DNA of 64,000 nucleotides from assembly GCF_021869535.1 (NCBI RefSeq), contig NW_026262690.1, positions 24,366,001 to 24,430,000 of the forward strand. Direction: 5' to 3'. Positions 60,874 to 64,000 of this stretch are shown here, one piece after another. This DNA is from Mytilus californianus (lineage: Eukaryota). The notes beneath the pieces were generated by a model. It worked only from the letters and a program-made list of their open reading frames with translations, was not told where the DNA came from and ran no database searches. The stretch's first letter is position 1. Each line of letters opens with the position of its first letter. The translations under genes and the position numbers were made by a program.

Positions 60874-62934
60874 TAGTTGCAATTTTTTTTATAAATCCAA
60901 ACTGTTCAATTATCATGGGAGATAATCAATTTTTCTTTCGAAAAGTCTTCTATATTCAAAAGAATAATGTTTTAGGTTATCTCCCATGGAAACTTATTAA
61001 CAACGTATTGTAATTTCACACATATTTTACTGAATGTAAGATGTTTTAATTCAAATGATGTTTAATTCTTATGAATATAGAAGACTTTTCGAAAGAAAAA
61101 TTGTATGAAAGCTTAGTCTGGACATTTTTATAGCAATTCAAAATTACTACCTATCACCTTTAGCATGACAATAACAATAAAATTTCTATACAAACTGTTA
61201 AACTGATTTTTCATAATAACATTGAAGTGGAATTAAAGTCTTAATGAATTGTAAGTATGTTTTATTTTATCACCTTGCACTTTTACGACTTGACTGTGGT
61301 TTTTTTCAGCAGTTTGTTCAAATTTCTGACCAGTTGAACAGTTTGGTTTTATAGAACAAATTGCAATTTGGGCAAAAATTTTTAATAAGTTGCAATAGGT
61401 TGAAAGCAACACTTACAGTCAAGTTACAGTAGCAAAGTGCTTACCTTTTTCTTCGTCACTAATTTGTTCGTTCAATTGCACCAACAATGGTTACAAGAAC
61501 TTCGCAGTCACTAATCCATCAATGCTATAGTCAAAAAGACAATCTTCGGACCCTTTAAAGTTGGCCCATTAGATTCCATAAGTGCTATTACGGTCATCAG
61601 TGTTCTTACTTGATTCATTTTCCAACTCTTTTATCTTATTTTCACCACAGACGCGCCAGACAAGAAGCCAATAATTAAAAAAAATACACTGTTGAGTAAA
61701 GAATCATCGTTTATCTAAGTCATTTTCTCATTCATACCAGCCGGCATTAAACTATACATGAGACGCCGTCTATGGGCTCCCGAAGGAAGCTGAAATGGCA
61801 GGTTTGTATACTATTGCCCTGGAAAGGTATGCAAGTACGCATAAATATTTGAAAAAATAGAGCGGATGAAAATGCACACAGTAAATGTATTCATAATGTA
61901 TATTTCCTAGCCGAAAATATTCTCTAGGTTCCCTAAGTATATATAGATCTTCGATCAACGCTTTTTCTCAGGGTTTTGCCTTTTGATTTCGGTGGTGGCA
62001 TTTCAAACGGACATGAAGTAGATATTGAAAACTAAGGCCCACATTGTGCACTAAAACAGGAAAACATAAAGGATGTAAATGATAAAGGATACATACTAAC
62101 GTATGGACAATTTCCACTATGTCTGGATTAACTAAGGTAGCACAAAGTCTAATTCAAGAAAATTTTGTGCGGTTGTATTAAATTTGGATATGGTCTAAAT
62201 GGTAAAAATTTAATATTTAATAAAATATATTAATAATATGCACAAACTGTGCAATTACAGTCATTTCCATTCCAAGACAGGACTTCAAAATATTATTAAA
62301 CTAACTGAAGTAAGCAATTTTTCTAAAATCATCAGGTATAGATCATTCCATAAAACAGCAGCTGTATATTTTAAAGAGTCTTACCATAGGTATATTCCCA
62401 CCCTAGGTATTTCTTGTTAAAAAAATAAAATTTGGAAATTTGAATATTTGCGATTTATAAAGTCATCTGAACCAGAGACATGTTAGAACGAAATAGATTT
62501 GCTGCAACACTGAAAGTGCTAATTTCGAAAATACGGAAAGTTACGAAAAATATTATTAGATAAGATAAGAAAAATTTATTTTGATTCGGCATAAGTCAAA
62601 TTTACAACACAAGCTCTAAGGAGCTTTTGACCGAATATAAAAACATATACATAACAAACAAAAAACAGTCTAAGATATAAACAACCTGTAATACAAAGTT
62701 GAATCTCACACATAGCATGCAATTACAATTTAGCAGGAAATTTAGAAAGAAGTAAAGCATGTTTTACCAATTTAAAAGTTTAAAAATTTTGATTAAGTAT
62801 ATGGTAACTATTTAAAAATAGATAATTTTATAAAAATCAAATAAAAAAGTTTGAAACTATATTATGTACTTCGTCATCTAGAAATTTAAGATAAATATAT
62901 AAAAAATATATCAAAATGTCTCAATGTTTCTTTT

Positions 62935-64000
62935 ACTTACTTAGGTTTACTAATTAGGTTCTGTTACTGATGCAGGAACTAGGTTCCTCTTTTCAGTCTC
63001 TTAATCTAAATCTTCTCCATTTCCGGTGATTGTTGCTAAAATGTAGTCTTCGTACATCATTGTTTGGTTCATCCAATATTTATCTAGTCTACCTTTAAAT
63101 GTATTTGTGGTTGGTGATGTCACTATAGGTAGTGTATTCCATGTTTTTACCACTCGTAAGATAAGATAAGATAAGATAAGATATTTATTGGTTTAAATTC
63201 CAAAATTATAGGATTGTTACCAAGACATATACATAAACATACAAACATATATCTGACCACATTTATAAACATTGTATATATATATATTTGTATATTCCCT
63301 CCTTTGTTAAAAGAAAATATTGTAACAATAATAAATGTATATAATCTCTGCTGATGAGGTGGTAGTACCACAAAGTTATTTAGTACTCAATAAAGCATTT
63401 CTAGAGTTGTACATGTCGCTTATGAATTTTACAATAAGTCTAATTATATCAGTCTCACCGCAAGTATACAAAAATTTAAATCTTGCTTCATTAGTAATAT
63501 TTAACTGAGACTACTATAACACAAAAGGTAGAGGCCCCAGCACAGATCATTGGGGTATACCCGAAGTTACTTTTGACCATGATGAAGTTTTGTTGTTAAT
63601 CGAAACGTGTTGTATCCTGTCACTTAGAAAAATGTCTACCAATTTTAGAACTGAAATTTCTGTGCCATATGCTCTTAGTTTGTTCATTAGTCTTTTGTGT
63701 GGAACAGTGCCAAATGCTTTCATATAGTCCATGTATATAACATCGATAGATTTACCATTACCAAGGGCTTCTAGCCATTCTAGTACATTTAATAAGTGAA
63801 GAGATGTAGATCTGCCCGATATAAATCCATATTGACGATCAGTAAAGAACTTGTTGCTTTTCATATGTTTGACAATATGTTCACGTACCAATGTTTCCAT
63901 AACTTTGCACACCACTGAAGTTAGGCTCACAGGTCAATAGTTACCAGCAATACGTTTTTTGCCCTTTTTGAAAATAGCGCTAATTTGTGCTTCTTTTCGT
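62935..64000 (-). mobile_element. CR1-type LINE remnant (RT fragment and 3' end) interrupted by the 3' end of a second LINE
   Basis: 63547-63930 encodes SLTSVVCKVME...QYGFISGRST...YMDYMKAFGTVPHKRL...SGIPQ*SVLGP. 62935-63135 reads RVVKTWNTLP...TFKGRLDKYW plus a 3' UTR ending in (AAGT)n. 63137-63515 is another LINE C-terminus with a (TCTTA)n tail. Confidence 0.8.

Noticed and set aside
53000-62900. Short ORFs of 60-97 aa in the 3' region, and similar ones elsewhere in introns
   Set aside because: None shows recognisable domains or a consistent exon chain; they are expected by chance in AT-rich DNA or lie inside repeats.

Overview
This is AT-rich eukaryotic DNA. The repeat families suggest a bivalve mollusc, probably a Mytilus-type mussel (inferred, not database-checked). 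The main gene is a complete 20-exon WDR44 (Rab11-binding WD40 protein) on the + strand: ATG 9435, stop 52923, all introns GT-AG and phase-consistent, CDS 3000 nt = 999 aa. Head-to-head with it, 346 bp upstream on the - strand, is coding exon 1 of an FMR1/FXR-family gene (MENLVVEVCGANGAFYQ); its exon 2 was not found in the window. Introns and flanks hold Helentron-type non-autonomous elements (HINEs), hAT and other TIR MITEs, two tandem MULE-related elements, a tRNA-derived SINE, CR1-like LINE fragments and several minisatellites. The most unusual structure is a 48 x 60-bp array (32582-35461). Its unit is the last 56 nt of WDR44 exon 7 plus the splice donor. The exon end encodes the conserved [12 protein letters not shown] kinase-site motif. 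The gene therefore carries 48 tandem CAG|GT donors. The first 23 are in frame, each adding 20 aa. A -1/+1 indel pair in units 24-25 introduces stop codons before the remaining donors. No CRISPR array, rRNA or true tRNA gene was seen.
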